Shown piece after piece: positions 39,016 through 50,332 of a stretch of 58,396 nt of DNA (positions are counted from its first letter, which is position 1; each line of letters begins with the position of its first letter). Under the pieces are notes generated by a model. The model was not told the DNA's origin. It saw only the letters and a program-made list of their open reading frames with translations, and made no database searches. Location: positions 1,967,109-2,025,504 of the forward strand of contig CP070657.1 of assembly GCA_020355085.1 (NCBI GenBank). Direction: 5' to 3'. The DNA is from Deltaproteobacteria bacterium (GTDB lineage Bacteria > Desulfobacterota > DSM-4660 > Desulfatiglandales > B25-G16). The position numbers were made by a program, and so were the translations under genes.

Positions 39016-39945
39016 CTAATCTTCAAGGGCGAGTTCGATGAGCCGATCCAGGAATTGCGGAATGGTTAATCCAGCTGCTCGGACAGCCAAGGGAAAGAGG
39101 GAATTCTTGGTCATACCCGGTAAGGTATTGGTCTCCAGGAGATACACCTCGTCGCCAGTCACGATCATATCCGATCTGCTAAAGCCTTTACAACCGAGCA
39201 CGCTGTGAGCTTTGAGGGCGTAAGCCTGAATCTTTTTGCAGACGTCATCAGGAAGTGTGGCTGGACATATCTCCTTAGATTCACCGGGAACATATTTGGC
39301 CTCATAGCTAAAGAAACGGTGCTCTTTCTGGGGAATGATTTCGATTACCGGCAAGGCCTCCGGTTTACTGTTGCCGATGACACCGCAACTGACCTCTCTG
39401 CCCTTTATATACTCCTCGGCCAATACCTGTGCGCTCATGGCAAAGGCCTCATCCAGTGCCGCACCAAGCTCTTCTGTGGTAGAACAAATGCTTAGCCCAA
39501 TGCTCGATCCCTCGGCCACGGGCTTGATAACGACCGGTTGACCTAGAGAGGACAGTATCTCAACCGGATCATGCTCCTGACCCCTAAAAAGCACAATATC
39601 ACGGGGCACCGTGAGTCCGGCAGATCGGTAAAGCTCCTTGCTCACCTGCTTGTTCATTGCCAGGGAGCTTGCCAAAACGCCTGAGCCCACATACGGAACA
39701 TCCAAGAGGTCCAGCAGCCCCTGAAAACAGCCGTCTTCGCCTTTCTTGCCGTGGAGGACCACAAGCGCGATGTCTATCTCCTTAGAATCTCGTATCAGCA
39801 TGGCCAGATCCGACTTCGGGTCGTATCGCCTCACCTCGTACTTGTCTTTGTCAAGGCTCTCGTATACGAATGCCCCGCTCTGAAGCGACACCTCTCTCTC
39901 GCGCGACCACCCTCCAGCTATCAGTGCGACTGTACGCTTACCCAT
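39016..39945 (-). CDS. ddl: D-alanine--D-alanine ligase
   Basis: ATP-grasp Ddl signature (VALIAGGWSREREVSLQSG, ...LLETNTLPGMT). 309 aa. Confidence 0.94.
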   Translation of the reverse strand: MGKRTVALIAGGWSREREVSLQSGAFVYESLDKDKYEVRRYDPKSDLAMLIRDSKEIDIALVVLHGKKGEDGCFQGLLDLLDVPYVGSGVLASSLAMNKQVSKELYRSAGLTVPRDIVLFRGQEHDPVEILSSLGQPVVIKPVAEGSSIGLSICSTTEELGAALDEAFAMSAQVLAEEYIKGREVSCGVIGNSKPEALPVIEIIPQKEHRFFSYEAKYVPGESKEICPATLPDDVCKKIQAYALKAHSVLGCKGFSRSDMIVTGDEVYLLETNTLPGMTKNSLFPLAVRAAGLTIPQFLDRLIELALED

Positions 39946-40924
39946 GACATCACATACCCTAACAGATACTCAGAAAACTTCTTGGTGAAACTATCATAAA
40001 AATAAGAAAAAAATAAAACAAAAAAGTTACCCGAAACTGCCATTCTCAACCCATCTTTGAATATCGGCACATCAGATAATCCCTGTTCGCCTCGTACCAG
40101 TGTCATCATCTGGCGACAAGCAAAAGTCTTGCCCGCAGATGAATGGTAAGACTCCTTTCTGGACAAGCGAAAAAACGGAAAGAAAGAAAACGTAAGGATT
40201 CAAAAAACAGAGCTTTTTTGAGAAAATAGCAGCTTGACAATGTGAGAAGAAAGGCCTCTTCTTGTGGATTAGAAACAAAACTAGCTGAATTCAGTGGTGA
40301 TTTCTCGGTTCCCTTGATTATAGTATCCACCAAGGACTTGAAGGCCCCAAAACGCATTCCCCAAATGAAACCAATATATTAGCACTGTTGATAACTGTGG
40401 ACATATATAAGATTAATTCACACCTCATCGCCTTTGACAGCCAAACCTCCCTTCAATACAAAGGTAGTAAGTCGAGGCAACAACAATAACGAAAATCTGG
40501 TACAAACCGAACAAGATAGTGTACCACGAGATCGAGTTGCTCCTGTATTGGTTGTTGAGAACAAGCTTTAGCAGGTGTTTCCCTTGTGCCGCTAGGCTGG
40601 GTTAATGGGTCTTTCTTATCCCTGACTCTCATCTGCAGTTAAACCGCTAACCGACGCTGTTCCGAAGGAGAACCGTGTATTGTTTATCTGCAATGCTTTT
40701 GACCTCATCCCTTGTGCCGAGCCCCCCCCGGTAAAGGGCAATTGCTTAATGTATGCGTATCTCCTGATATAGGAAAAAGTTATAGAGACCGACATCTCAA
40801 GGACGGCGTGAGGGCTTCGTGGCCCAGGAAGCCCCGTAGATCAACGAGCACAGGTCTTTCAGGCGCCGTGCCTTGCCTATTCACATTTTTCGGCAGCAAT
40901 TTCCGTAAATACCGAGGATAGACA
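39946..40924. other. Putative chromosomal replication origin (oriC) region upstream of dnaA
   Basis: A 979-bp non-coding gap with an AT-rich tract at 39991-40028. DnaA-box-like 9-mers: TGTGGATTA (40263), GTATCCACC (40323), TGTGGACAT (40396), TAATTCACA (40414), CTATTCACA (40877). dnaA, mnmG and recG lie alongside. Confidence 0.55.
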
Positions 40925-42274
40925 ATGGAAACCGTTTGGCATCAGGGGAAGAAATCCCTCAAAGAGATAATGGACGAAAAAAGCTATGCTCTCTGGGTAG
41001 ACCCGCTCAAGTTTCTCAGATCGGATGAAAGCACCATCGCTATTGGGTGCCCAAACAAGTTCTCTCGAAACTGGTTACAAGATAACTATGCTTCCCTTTT
41101 CCTCAGCCAACTTTCAAAGGCCGGTCTCAACGGCCATAGAGTGGTCCTTGAGGTTTTACCGAACAGGGGCCTGAGGGAGTTACCCCCTAACGGAAACAAT
41201 AGAACACAGCTGGCACTTCCATCCTTGCCCAAAAGGATAAAGGCTGGAGACAAATACCTAAACTCTCGGTTTACCTTCGAAAGGTTTGTAGTGGGCGAAT
41301 GCAACGAGCTCGCCTATTCCGTTTCCAAGGCACTCGCTCACGAGTCCCATTTCCCTTACGTCTCCCTCTTTCTGCTGGCTCAAACAGGTCTAGGGAAAAG
41401 CCATCTCATTCAGGCTATCGGCAATACGATCCTCCAGAGAAAACCCACGGCAAAGGTGCTCTATATAACCACGGAAGATTTCACCAATGAGATGATATAT
41501 GCCTTGAGAAGCGGCTTAACCGAGCAATTTAAGAACAAATACCGCAGGGGATGTGATATACTCCTGCTTGAAGATCTGAATTTCCTTAGCGGCAAGGAAA
41601 AGACGCAGGTTGAACTGGCCTACACGCTTGACTCGCTCTTCAACGAAGAAAAAATGGTTATCTTTACCAGCCCTCTCAGTCCGGAAGAGATCCCTAACAT
41701 GCAAAAGATGCTGACCTCGAGACTAACCTCAGGTGTGACTACAAGCATTGAAAAGCCTGGCTTTCATACCAGAGTCGATATCCTGACTCAGAAGGCAATT
41801 GAGCGAAATATGTCGCTGCCGGAAGAGGTAACCTATTACCTTGCCGAGACCATCACTCAGGATGTGCGACATCTTGAAGGGAGCCTTGATTCCCTCTATG
41901 CCATCTCCCATTTCTTGAAAAAGAGCATAGACATCGGCCTGGCCAAGAAGACAATTAAACAGCTTATACCGCCTCGGCGTCTGGCTACTGTTGAGGATAT
42001 TCAGAAAATCGTGAGCAAATACTTTAAGGTTGATATAGAGGCGCTCAAATCACGGAGCAGAAAAAAAACCATCTCCTACCCAAGGAGTATCGCTATTTAT
42101 CTCTGCCGGCGATATACGGAAAAACCCCTCGAGAAAATTGGTCGGTCTTTTAACCGAAACCATTCAACAATCTTGTACGATGACGACAAGGTAAAAAGGG
42201 GGATCAAGATCGATGATAACCTCAGAAGAGAGGTTGAATTCCTCTGCAGGCAAATAGAGGAAAAGGGCCCATGA
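40925..42274 (+). CDS. dnaA: Chromosomal replication initiator protein DnaA
   Basis: AAA+ core (GLGKSHL, ILLLEDL) and a C-terminal DNA-binding helix-turn-helix region (SRKKTISYPRSIAIYLCR...GRSFNRNHSTILY). 449 aa. Confidence 0.95.
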   Translation: METVWHQGKKSLKEIMDEKSYALWVDPLKFLRSDESTIAIGCPNKFSRNWLQDNYASLFLSQLSKAGLNGHRVVLEVLPNRGLRELPPNGNNRTQLALPSLPKRIKAGDKYLNSRFTFERFVVGECNELAYSVSKALAHESHFPYVSLFLLAQTGLGKSHLIQAIGNTILQRKPTAKVLYITTEDFTNEMIYALRSGLTEQFKNKYRRGCDILLLEDLNFLSGKEKTQVELAYTLDSLFNEEKMVIFTSPLSPEEIPNMQKMLTSRLTSGVTTSIEKPGFHTRVDILTQKAIERNMSLPEEVTYYLAETITQDVRHLEGSLDSLYAISHFLKKSIDIGLAKKTIKQLIPPRRLATVEDIQKIVSKYFKVDIEALKSRSRKKTISYPRSIAIYLCRRYTEKPLEKIGRSFNRNHSTILYDDDKVKRGIKIDDNLRREVEFLCRQIEEKGP

Positions 42275-42507
42275 TGAAGAAGCTGTTCCGTTCGCTCATC
42301 ATACTGGTTCTTTCGCTCTTTACTCTCTACCTCATCTTTCTCTCGATGATATCCGTGTCCCTTGGCTTCGTCAATTCGGACAGACCCGGATTTTGGATGC
42401 CAATACTGTGCGGGTTCCTTCTATTCCTTATTGACTTCTATATGATAAAGCTCATTGTGTATCTGTTCAAACAAACAAACGCTAAAGAGAAATATCAATA
42501 TCTCTGA
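42271..42507 (+). CDS. Small two-TM membrane protein (78 aa), start overlaps the dnaA stop (ATGA)
   Basis: Two clear hydrophobic helices and a 4-nt overlap with dnaA. No recognisable family. Confidence 0.5.
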   Translation: MMKKLFRSLIILVLSLFTLYLIFLSMISVSLGFVNSDRPGFWMPILCGFLLFLIDFYMIKLIVYLFKQTNAKEKYQYL

Positions 42508-42550
42508 GCATGCCCTCCGTGTGCCTAATGGGGCAATTTCATCTGGACAA

Positions 42551-43477
42551 TCACGGAAAAGGATTCTCGCCAAACCGTTTGCCCTGCCACGAACCCCTCC
42601 CGGCCATGGTCTTCTTGATGAGCGAAAGGGTCTCGCTCTTTCGTAATGACCATTCAGGAGCTGCCAATTCATCGGGATGAGGATCTCCGGTGAGGCGTTG
42701 AATAACCATGTCAGGGGGGAGGAGTTCCAGAAAATCGCACACAAGCTCCGCGTACTCCCCTTGCTCAAGGCACCTGTACGTTCCCTCTCGGTATAAACGC
42801 TCCATCGGTGTGCCCTTTACCACGTAGAGCAGGTGAATCTTTATGCCGTCAATGCCCATTGAAGACACCGCCTGAGCAGTGGCAAGCATATCACGCCTGT
42901 CTTCGAAGGGTAGGCCAAGTATTACGTGAGCACAGATCTTGATCCCTCGGCCTTTCGTTTTTTCCACCGCGCTCCTGAAGCAGGCGACATCGTGGCCCCT
43001 GTTTATAACGACGAGTGTTCTGTCATGAATGGACTGAAGCCCGTATTCGATCCATACAAGATAATCCTCTGCATACCCTTGGACGAGCGTCAGTATTGAT
43101 TCGTCTATGCAATCAGGCCGAGTGCCTATCGACAATCCTACAATATCCTCGACAGCGCATGCCTCATCGTACAAGGCCTTGAGCTTCTCATACGGGGCGT
43201 ATGTGTTTGAAAAGGACTGGAAATACGCAATGAATCTCTGGGCCTTATACCGTTTTCTCAGGAATTCCTTGCCTCTCTCTATCTGTTCGGTAATAGTAAG
43301 GCCCAGCGCGCATGCCCCGGTACCGGATCCTCTCGTGTTGCAATAGATACAGCCACCCGTCCCAATGCGGCCATCCCTGTTCGGACACGTCAACCCCGCA
43401 TCGAGAGATATCTTTTGAACACGACAGCCAAAAATACTTCTCAAATAGGTGTTTAAATCGTAGTAAGGCTTTTTCAT
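42551..43477 (-). CDS. TIGR01212-family radical SAM protein (YhcC-like)
   Basis: GLTCPNRDGRIGTGGCIYCN near the N-terminus is the family signature. 308 aa. Confidence 0.88.
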   Translation of the reverse strand: MKKPYYDLNTYLRSIFGCRVQKISLDAGLTCPNRDGRIGTGGCIYCNTRGSGTGACALGLTITEQIERGKEFLRKRYKAQRFIAYFQSFSNTYAPYEKLKALYDEACAVEDIVGLSIGTRPDCIDESILTLVQGYAEDYLVWIEYGLQSIHDRTLVVINRGHDVACFRSAVEKTKGRGIKICAHVILGLPFEDRRDMLATAQAVSSMGIDGIKIHLLYVVKGTPMERLYREGTYRCLEQGEYAELVCDFLELLPPDMVIQRLTGDPHPDELAAPEWSLRKSETLSLIKKTMAGRGSWQGKRFGENPFP

Positions 43478-43585
43478 CTTGCATCCGGATTATTTAAGAA
43501 CCCAAGCCTCAGCTTTTCATATACATTCTAATCTTAAGAATGTAAAATGTGAACCCAAGGCTAATAAGGACTTACGGTTACTTTG

Positions 43586-45463
43586 ATGAGCGTCTATCCC
43601 AAGAAATATGACATCATCGTCGTTGGTGCCGGGCATGCGGGCTATGAAGCAGCCCTCGCTGCCGCCCGAATGGGCTGCACTGTCTTGGTTATGACCATTG
43701 ACTTGGATGGGATCGCAAAAATGCCGTGTAGCCCCTCGATCGGGGGCGTTGGCAAGGGGCAACTGGTAAAAGAGATCGATGCCCTAGGCGGTGAAATGGC
43801 CAGAGTAACCGATAGAACCGCAATCCAATATCGGACCCTCAATACCAAGAAGGGCCCTGCTGTACAATCCTCGCGAACCCAGAACGACAAGATCAGGTAT
43901 CATATCTGCATTAAAGAGGCCCTAGAAAGAGAGTCCTTTATAGACATAAAGCAGGCCATGGTTGAGAGACTGGTCGTGGAAAACAGCCATGTCATTGGCA
44001 TTGAGGATCAAACCGGATTCGGGTACCCGGCTCCTGCAGTTATCCTGGCCACCGGTACCTTTTTGCGGGGACTCGTCCATATCGGATTCACTGCTATCAA
44101 GGCAGGCAGAGCTGGTGAGTTTGCCTCCTATGGGCTGGCCGAAAACTTGAAAGAACTTGGATTCACCCTTGGGAGAATGAAGACAGGAACTCCGGCAAGG
44201 TTACGAAAATCGACCATAGAGTTTGACAAATTCGAAAGGCAAGACGGAGAGGAGCATCCCAAGCCATTCTCTCTGTTTACCGGCGAAATAAACATCAAAC
44301 AGGTACCCTGCTACATAGGGCACACAAACACGAAAAGCCATCAAATCGTCAGAGACAATCTGGAGCGATCTGCCCTGTACGGAGGAAAAATCACCGGCGT
44401 TCCGGCACGATACTGTCCCTCTATAGAGGATAAGGTAGTCCGGTTTTCCGACAGGGATCGGCACCAGATCATACTCGAACCCGAAGGACTTGACACAGAG
44501 GAGATCTACGCCAGCGGGCTTGGGAACAGCCTGCCCATGGAAGTGCAGATCCCCTTTGTGAGGTCTGTGCAGGGACTGGAGCAAGCCGAGATAATGCGAC
44601 CGGCTTACGCAATTGAATACGACTATGTCGATCCTATCCAGCTGTTCCCTACCCTTGAAACCAAGCGTATCAATGGCTTGTACATGGCAGGTCAGATCAA
44701 CGGCACCAGCGGATACGAAGAGGCGGCTGCTCAGGGTATGTGGGCAGGAATTAATGCCGCATCAAAGATCCAGAAACGACTCCCCTTTGTCCTGGATCGA
44801 TCAGAGGCTTACATGGCCGTTATGATTGACGATCTGGTTACCAAAGGAACCAAAGAGCCTTACCGGATGTTTACCTCCAGGGCTGAATACAGGCTCCTGC
44901 TCAGAGAGGATAATGCAGATGAGCGGCTCATGGAAAAGGGAAATGAACTCGGCCTGATCGACGACAACACATTAGCAGAAATGAAGGAGAGATATCGGGA
45001 GATCTCAGCAGAGGCCCAGAGGATCAAGAAGACCATCATACCCGCCTCAAAGCAAGTAAACGACTATCTGGAAGGACTTGGATCAAGCCCCATAAAAACC
45101 GCGACCCCGTTAAGCCAAATCCTGAAAAGGCCCGAATTGAATTATGACAGCATTGGGGCCCTTGACGGGAATGGCAGAGGGCTCGATGAAAATCTGAGGC
45201 GTCAGGTTGAGGTAAAGATCAAATACGAAGGCTATATTGAGCGACAGCAACAGGAGGTTGAACGATTCAAGAATCTCGAAAAGATCAAGATCCCCCCAGC
45301 CTTTGACTACACCAAGGTCCACGGCCTTTCAAATGAACTCACGGAGAAACTCCTGGCCATCAGGCCACTCTCTTTAGGTCAAGCATCCCGGATACCGGGT
45401 ATGACCCCAGCAGCCATCTCTGTCATGATGATCTTTCTCAAAAAGGCTGACGCGTTGCAGTAG
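43586..45463 (+). CDS. mnmG: tRNA uridine 5-carboxymethylaminomethyl modification enzyme MnmG (GidA)
   Basis: [26 protein letters not shown] motif and full-length GidA similarity. Confidence 0.95.
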   Translation: MSVYPKKYDIIVVGAGHAGYEAALAAARMGCTVLVMTIDLDGIAKMPCSPSIGGVGKGQLVKEIDALGGEMARVTDRTAIQYRTLNTKKGPAVQSSRTQNDKIRYHICIKEALERESFIDIKQAMVERLVVENSHVIGIEDQTGFGYPAPAVILATGTFLRGLVHIGFTAIKAGRAGEFASYGLAENLKELGFTLGRMKTGTPARLRKSTIEFDKFERQDGEEHPKPFSLFTGEINIKQVPCYIGHTNTKSHQIVRDNLERSALYGGKITGVPARYCPSIEDKVVRFSDRDRHQIILEPEGLDTEEIYASGLGNSLPMEVQIPFVRSVQGLEQAEIMRPAYAIEYDYVDPIQLFPTLETKRINGLYMAGQINGTSGYEEAAAQGMWAGINAASKIQKRLPFVLDRSEAYMAVMIDDLVTKGTKEPYRMFTSRAEYRLLLREDNADERLMEKGNELGLIDDNTLAEMKERYREISAEAQRIKKTIIPASKQVNDYLEGLGSSPIKTATPLSQILKRPELNYDSIGALDGNGRGLDENLRRQVEVKIKYEGYIERQQQEVERFKNLEKIKIPPAFDYTKVHGLSNELTEKLLAIRPLSLGQASRIPGMTPAAISVMMIFLKKADALQ

Positions 45464-45476
45464 GGGGGCGCGCCAG

Positions 45477-47591
45477 ATGCCACGGAAAAACCATTCCCCA
45501 ACGGCCGGTTCGGATAACCAGACCTCCACTGATAAGCTCTTGAACTCCGTAAATTCCATCAAGGGGGTGGGGGAGGTTTTTGCCAGAGAACTCCGAAAAC
45601 GGGGTATACACACGATCTACGACCTCCTTTATCTCCTCCCTCGCTCCTACCAGGACAGGAGAAAATTCATATCCATTCGCGATATCAAAACTGGCCAGAG
45701 CGCTCTCATCAGGGGCAGGATAACTGGGGTCAGGCGACACAGGTTTGCATACCGTACGGTCCTTGAAATGGTCATACGTGACGGGACGGGCATAGTATCC
45801 GCCAGATGGATGGGGACACCCCGATACCTATTCAGGTTCAGGAGGGGTGAGGAAATTATCATCTACGGCCAGTTCCGTACCTTCTCCAACCTTCTGGTTA
45901 CCTATCACCCTGAGATCATGGAAAAGGGGGATTATCAGGATTTAGGCCGGCTCGTACCTGTCTATCCTGAAATCGAGGGCATTTCGTCGCGGAGGATGCG
46001 GAGGATTGTGGCTGACGCTGTAATCCGGTTTACCGAGGATCTGGAAGATCCTCTCCCCCAACGGATAAGGGATTCAAGCGGTCTTTCCAGATTGGACCTG
46101 GCATTCAGGGAGGCTCACTTCCCCACCGAATCAACGCCTCGAGAGCTTCTTGCCCGAAAGGCACCGGCCCAACGAAGACTCATATTCGATGAGTTCTTCA
46201 CCCTCCAGCTTGCCTTGGCACTCAAGAGAAGCAAGGCATGCCGGGAGCCAGGGATAGCCTTTGGAAAAAAGGATGTAGATGAGCTTTACCGCCTTCTTCC
46301 CTATCGACTCACCACATCTCAGATGATGGTTCTTGACCAGGTTCTCGCCGACATGAATCGGCCGGTCCCAATGAACCGCTTGCTCCAGGGTGATGTGGGC
46401 TGCGGCAAGACCGTAGTCGCGCTCATCGCCGCTTGGGTAGCAGTGAAAAACGGTTATCAGGTTGCGTTCATGGCACCTACCCAGATCCTGGCAGAGCAGC
46501 ACTACTTCAGCACCCTGGGTCTCGTACAAAACATGAATCTGAGTTCAGCGCTGCTCACCAGTGGAATGGGGACCCGCGGGGATGAGGTGAGGCATGATGT
46601 TGAAAAAGGGAAGCTTGAGATACTTATCGGCACCCATGCGCTCATACAAGAGAGCGTAGAGTTCAGGAGGCTCGGCCTCGTGATCATCGATGAACAGCAC
46701 AGATTCGGCGTTGCTCAGCGCGCCCTTCTCAGGCAAAAGGGTCTTAGCCCGGATCTCCTCACCTTGACCGCTACCCCGATCCCGAGGACATTAGGACTCA
46801 CCCTGTACGGTGATCTCGACATATCGGTTATCGATGAGCTCCCCCCCGGGAGACAACCAATTCAGACCCGACTGGTTCGTGAGGGGGATCGCAATAGAAT
46901 CTATGAAATCCTCAAGGCAGAGATCAACAAGGGAAGACAGGCCTATATGGTCTACCCGCTCATCGAGGAGTCAGAAAAGATGGACCTCAATGCGGCCACC
47001 CAGATGGCGGAGCAGGTGCAGTATGCGCTTCCCGAATTCCGTATAGCCCTAATCCACGGAAGAATGCCCCTGGAGCAACGAGCGGCAATAATGCAGGAAT
47101 TCAAGGATGGCGTCACGGATATCCTGGTGTCCACCACTGTTATCGAGGTGGGCATTGATGTCCCGAATGCAACCCTTATGATTATCGAGAACGCCGAGAG
47201 GTTCGGATTGGCGCAAATACATCAGCTGAGAGGCAGGGTTGGCAGGAGCAGCTACCCCTCACAGTGCCTGCTCGTGACTTCGGTAACCAAAACCGGGGTA
47301 GCCGGAACAAGGCTGCGAGTAATTGAGAAGACCACCGATGGATTCAAGATCGCCGAGGAAGACCTCGCCTTACGGGGTCCGGGAGAGTTCCTGGGCGTAA
47401 AACAGTCGGGGTTTTACCAGTTCAGAGCGGGTAACCTCATGAGGGATGCCTCCATATTATCGCAAGCGCGACAACAGGCCTTCGAACTCGTTGAAACGCA
47501 GCCCGAGCTTGCCCGTAATACCTTTCGTATTTTCAGACGTCTGTTCAACCCCGGTGAACAGGCAGAAGATGAATTCGTGGACGTGTTATGA
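45477..47591 (+). CDS. recG: ATP-dependent DNA helicase RecG
   Basis: Wedge domain plus SF2 helicase motifs (GDVGCGKT, DEQHRFG, TATPIPRT, HGRM, QLRGRVGR). 704 aa. Confidence 0.94.
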   Translation: MPRKNHSPTAGSDNQTSTDKLLNSVNSIKGVGEVFARELRKRGIHTIYDLLYLLPRSYQDRRKFISIRDIKTGQSALIRGRITGVRRHRFAYRTVLEMVIRDGTGIVSARWMGTPRYLFRFRRGEEIIIYGQFRTFSNLLVTYHPEIMEKGDYQDLGRLVPVYPEIEGISSRRMRRIVADAVIRFTEDLEDPLPQRIRDSSGLSRLDLAFREAHFPTESTPRELLARKAPAQRRLIFDEFFTLQLALALKRSKACREPGIAFGKKDVDELYRLLPYRLTTSQMMVLDQVLADMNRPVPMNRLLQGDVGCGKTVVALIAAWVAVKNGYQVAFMAPTQILAEQHYFSTLGLVQNMNLSSALLTSGMGTRGDEVRHDVEKGKLEILIGTHALIQESVEFRRLGLVIIDEQHRFGVAQRALLRQKGLSPDLLTLTATPIPRTLGLTLYGDLDISVIDELPPGRQPIQTRLVREGDRNRIYEILKAEINKGRQAYMVYPLIEESEKMDLNAATQMAEQVQYALPEFRIALIHGRMPLEQRAAIMQEFKDGVTDILVSTTVIEVGIDVPNATLMIIENAERFGLAQIHQLRGRVGRSSYPSQCLLVTSVTKTGVAGTRLRVIEKTTDGFKIAEEDLALRGPGEFLGVKQSGFYQFRAGNLMRDASILSQARQQAFELVETQPELARNTFRIFRRLFNPGEQAEDEFVDVL

Positions 47592-47671
47592 TTCACGTGC
47601 TTCCCTCACAGAACTCCTGAAGTTTTACGCTGCACCAAAGAATAAAGCACGTTGTGGGTGGCACCAGATCC

Positions 47672-48610
47672 TCACCGTGCCAATGGGTCATGATCTTCAT
47701 GCTCCCACTTTTCATAGAGCATCCTTTGTTCCCTCTTCTTTCTCGCGTACCCGAGGATAAAAACAAGGGTAATCAAAAACCACAGGGTCGTGGTGCTGGT
47801 AAGGATAGGGATCCAACTGAACCGCAACCGCAGGTATCCCTTCCACTCCTCCTCAAAATCATCCCACCCGATGCCGTACACCTTCAGCAGGATCTCCTTC
47901 AAATCCCCACCCCTTGTGTATTCCCTGATAAATCGATGGAAATCCTCTCTTCCGAACTTGTTCACCAGAAAAGAAACAAGGTAGAAACTCTGGGCATAGG
48001 CCAGCTCTGCCCTTGCTGACCCCCGAGGGAAACTGCTGGTTATCTCGGAAAGGGGAATCAGCGAGTCGGTGAGGACTGCCTTGGTCATGGTAGAAACCCG
48101 GGAGAAGCTCCACTCCCTGGACTCATACATTGCCAAGCCCTCATCCAACCATCGCGGAACCTCCTCCCTGCTGCGAAAGACACTTCCCACGGCGATGTGG
48201 GTGAGTTCGTGCTTGAAGATCTTCTCCAAATCCACATGACTGCCTTTCATGACCCGAGGGGATTTCATGATTATCAGGTTTAAGCTGGGGTAAGCCACTG
48301 CTGCCGACCACGTCGGCACCCACCCTCGTGGTTGAATCTCCACATAGTCTCTGAGTGAATGCGCAAGATAAACCGTGGTTACCTCATTGAAATCCAGGCC
48401 CAGATCCTTGACAATCTCTCCCCTGATTCGTTCAGACTGTGCAGCCAATGATGCTGCAAGCCCTTGCTCTTTTTCATGAAAATAGAAGACGAAATGGGAG
48501 GTGGCGATAGTCCGACCGTCAGAGGCAACGATGACACACGGTGTTAAAATAAAAATGAAGGCAAGTATAATCCAAAATAGTTGCCTTCGTAACATAATAG
48601 GCGTGAACAT
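47672..48610 (-). CDS. Membrane-anchored peptidase MA-like protein (HExxH)
   Basis: HELTHIAVG followed by WLDEGLAMYES (the Peptidase_MA_2 pattern), with N- and C-terminal TM segments. Confidence 0.7.
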   Translation of the reverse strand: MFTPIMLRRQLFWIILAFIFILTPCVIVASDGRTIATSHFVFYFHEKEQGLAASLAAQSERIRGEIVKDLGLDFNEVTTVYLAHSLRDYVEIQPRGWVPTWSAAVAYPSLNLIIMKSPRVMKGSHVDLEKIFKHELTHIAVGSVFRSREEVPRWLDEGLAMYESREWSFSRVSTMTKAVLTDSLIPLSEITSSFPRGSARAELAYAQSFYLVSFLVNKFGREDFHRFIREYTRGGDLKEILLKVYGIGWDDFEEEWKGYLRLRFSWIPILTSTTTLWFLITLVFILGYARKKREQRMLYEKWEHEDHDPLAR

Positions 48611-48736
48611 ACTGATTACCCCCCTACACGCCTCTTATTAAGAGGGCAGTGGTTGCTCTCGGTTATCACACCTTCTTTATATCAGAAAGTGCACACAATG
48701 TCGTGAGGGTCTTTTAAGGAAGGTGCCTGCTGAAGA

Positions 48737-49483
48737 TCAGAGTATCTGGCTCAAGAAGAGCTTGGTCCTCTCATGAGTAGGATTGGTGAAAAAGTGCTCG
48801 GCCGTGCCCTCTTCCACGATCTGGCCCTCGTCCATAAACACGACTCGATCCGAAACCTCACGGGCAAAACCCATTTCGTGCGTTACCACGACCATGGTCA
48901 TGCCCTCACGGGCCAGGGTTTTCATGACGTCCAAAACCTCACCGATCATCTCCGGATCGAGAGCTGAGGTGGCCTCATCGAACATCATGATTTTCGGGTG
49001 CATGGCGAGGGCCCGGGCAATGGCTACTCGCTGCTGCTGCCCGCCCGAAAGCTGGGACGGATAAACACTCTCCTTCTCCAGAATCCCCACCTTGCGGAGA
49101 AGGCCCCGTGCAACCTTGGTCGCCTCCTCCTTGTCTCTTCCTCGAACAACCAGTTGGGCCAAGGTAACGTTTTCGAGCACTGTCTTGTGGGGAAACAGGT
49201 TGAAAAGCTGGAAGACCATCCCGATCTCTTCCCGAATCTCGTTGATGTTTACCTTCTTGCCATAAATGTCGATACCGTCGATGATGATCTCGCCGCTGTC
49301 GATCTCCTCAAGGCGATTGAGGCACCTGAGAAAGGTGCTCTTTCCAGATCCACTGGGCCCGATGATGACAACAACTTCGCCCTTTTCTATGCGAGTGGAA
49401 AAATCAACCAGGGCCTTCACCTCCCGACGATCGGGAGTCTTGAATGTCTTATAAACGTTTCGAGCCTCAATCACTGATAGCAA
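48737..49483 (-). CDS. Amino-acid ABC transporter ATP-binding protein (GlnQ-like)
   Basis: Walker [10 protein letters not shown], signature [15 protein letters not shown], Walker [13 protein letters not shown]. Confidence 0.93.
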   Translation of the reverse strand: MLSVIEARNVYKTFKTPDRREVKALVDFSTRIEKGEVVVIIGPSGSGKSTFLRCLNRLEEIDSGEIIIDGIDIYGKKVNINEIREEIGMVFQLFNLFPHKTVLENVTLAQLVVRGRDKEEATKVARGLLRKVGILEKESVYPSQLSGGQQQRVAIARALAMHPKIMMFDEATSALDPEMIGEVLDVMKTLAREGMTMVVVTHEMGFAREVSDRVVFMDEGQIVEEGTAEHFFTNPTHERTKLFLSQIL

Positions 49484-50264
49484 GCCTCCTTTCGATGTAT
49501 TGGGTCGCCATAGAAAGGGTGAACGTCATCACTAGGTATAGAAACGCGACAGTGAAGTATATCTCGAAGGCATGGTAGGTTCTCGCTACTGCTTGCTGCC
49601 CCTGAAACATGAGATCTGCCAATGCGATGACCGAAACGAGGGAAGAATCCTTTATGAGCGAGATGAACTGCCCTGCCAGGGGTGGTATGATCCGCTTGAA
49701 GGCCTGGGGAAGTATGACATAGCGCATGGCCTGGGCATAGCCCATGCCAAGGGAGCGAGACGCCTCCATCTGTCCTTTGTGTATTGATTGGATACCTGCC
49801 CGTACGATTTCACCCACGTAGGCACCTGCAAAGATCGAGAGTGCTGCCGTGCCAGCCGCAAATGCTGAAAGCCTGAGCAGAGATCCCACGAAGAAATAGA
49901 TGATATAGATCTGAACAAGGAGCGGCGTGTTTCTGATGACCTCCACGTAAGCCAGTGAGAGCCCCTTTGTCACCGGCTCATTGGAGAGCCTGGCAATGCC
50001 AACGATCGTCCCAATGATGATGGCGAACAAGATCGAGAAAACCGAGATCTTTAATGTCAAAACAAAACCGATCATCAGGATGCCCATCCTGAGCCTCGGC
50101 ACTGCGTCCTCAGCGGATTTTGCACCGTGGTAGAAAAGCATCTCAGGGATCTTCTCCCAATGCCAGATATAGGTGATTCCCCTCGTTGCGAAGAAGTAAT
50201 AGCTAGCTCCCAGGATGATGGCAAGAATGAGCAGGGTTATCAATGATCTCTTGCTAAAGGTCAA
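49467..50264 (-). CDS. Amino-acid ABC transporter permease
   Basis: EAA-type loop ([22 protein letters not shown]) and multiple TM helices. Its end overlaps the start of the ATPase gene. Confidence 0.9.
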   Translation of the reverse strand: MTFSKRSLITLLILAIILGASYYFFATRGITYIWHWEKIPEMLFYHGAKSAEDAVPRLRMGILMIGFVLTLKISVFSILFAIIIGTIVGIARLSNEPVTKGLSLAYVEVIRNTPLLVQIYIIYFFVGSLLRLSAFAAGTAALSIFAGAYVGEIVRAGIQSIHKGQMEASRSLGMGYAQAMRYVILPQAFKRIIPPLAGQFISLIKDSSLVSVIALADLMFQGQQAVARTYHAFEIYFTVAFLYLVMTFTLSMATQYIERRLAISD

Positions 50265-50332
50265 ACCGAGCCTCCCTCATGCGGACGAGAGGGGAATGCG
50301 ATTCCGCACCCCCCTTCCCGTTCCTGTTACTG

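Noticed and set aside
38667-39026. 119-aa ORF spanning the ddl-downstream palindrome
   Set aside because: It overlaps the rod-like inverted repeat and has no RBS or motif. The region is better explained as structured RNA or a repeat element.
40712-40921. 69-aa ORF immediately upstream of dnaA, with other short ORFs at 39921-40357
   Set aside because: They lie in the putative oriC and dnaA promoter region, have no RBS or motifs, and show Arg/Pro/Ser-rich composition.
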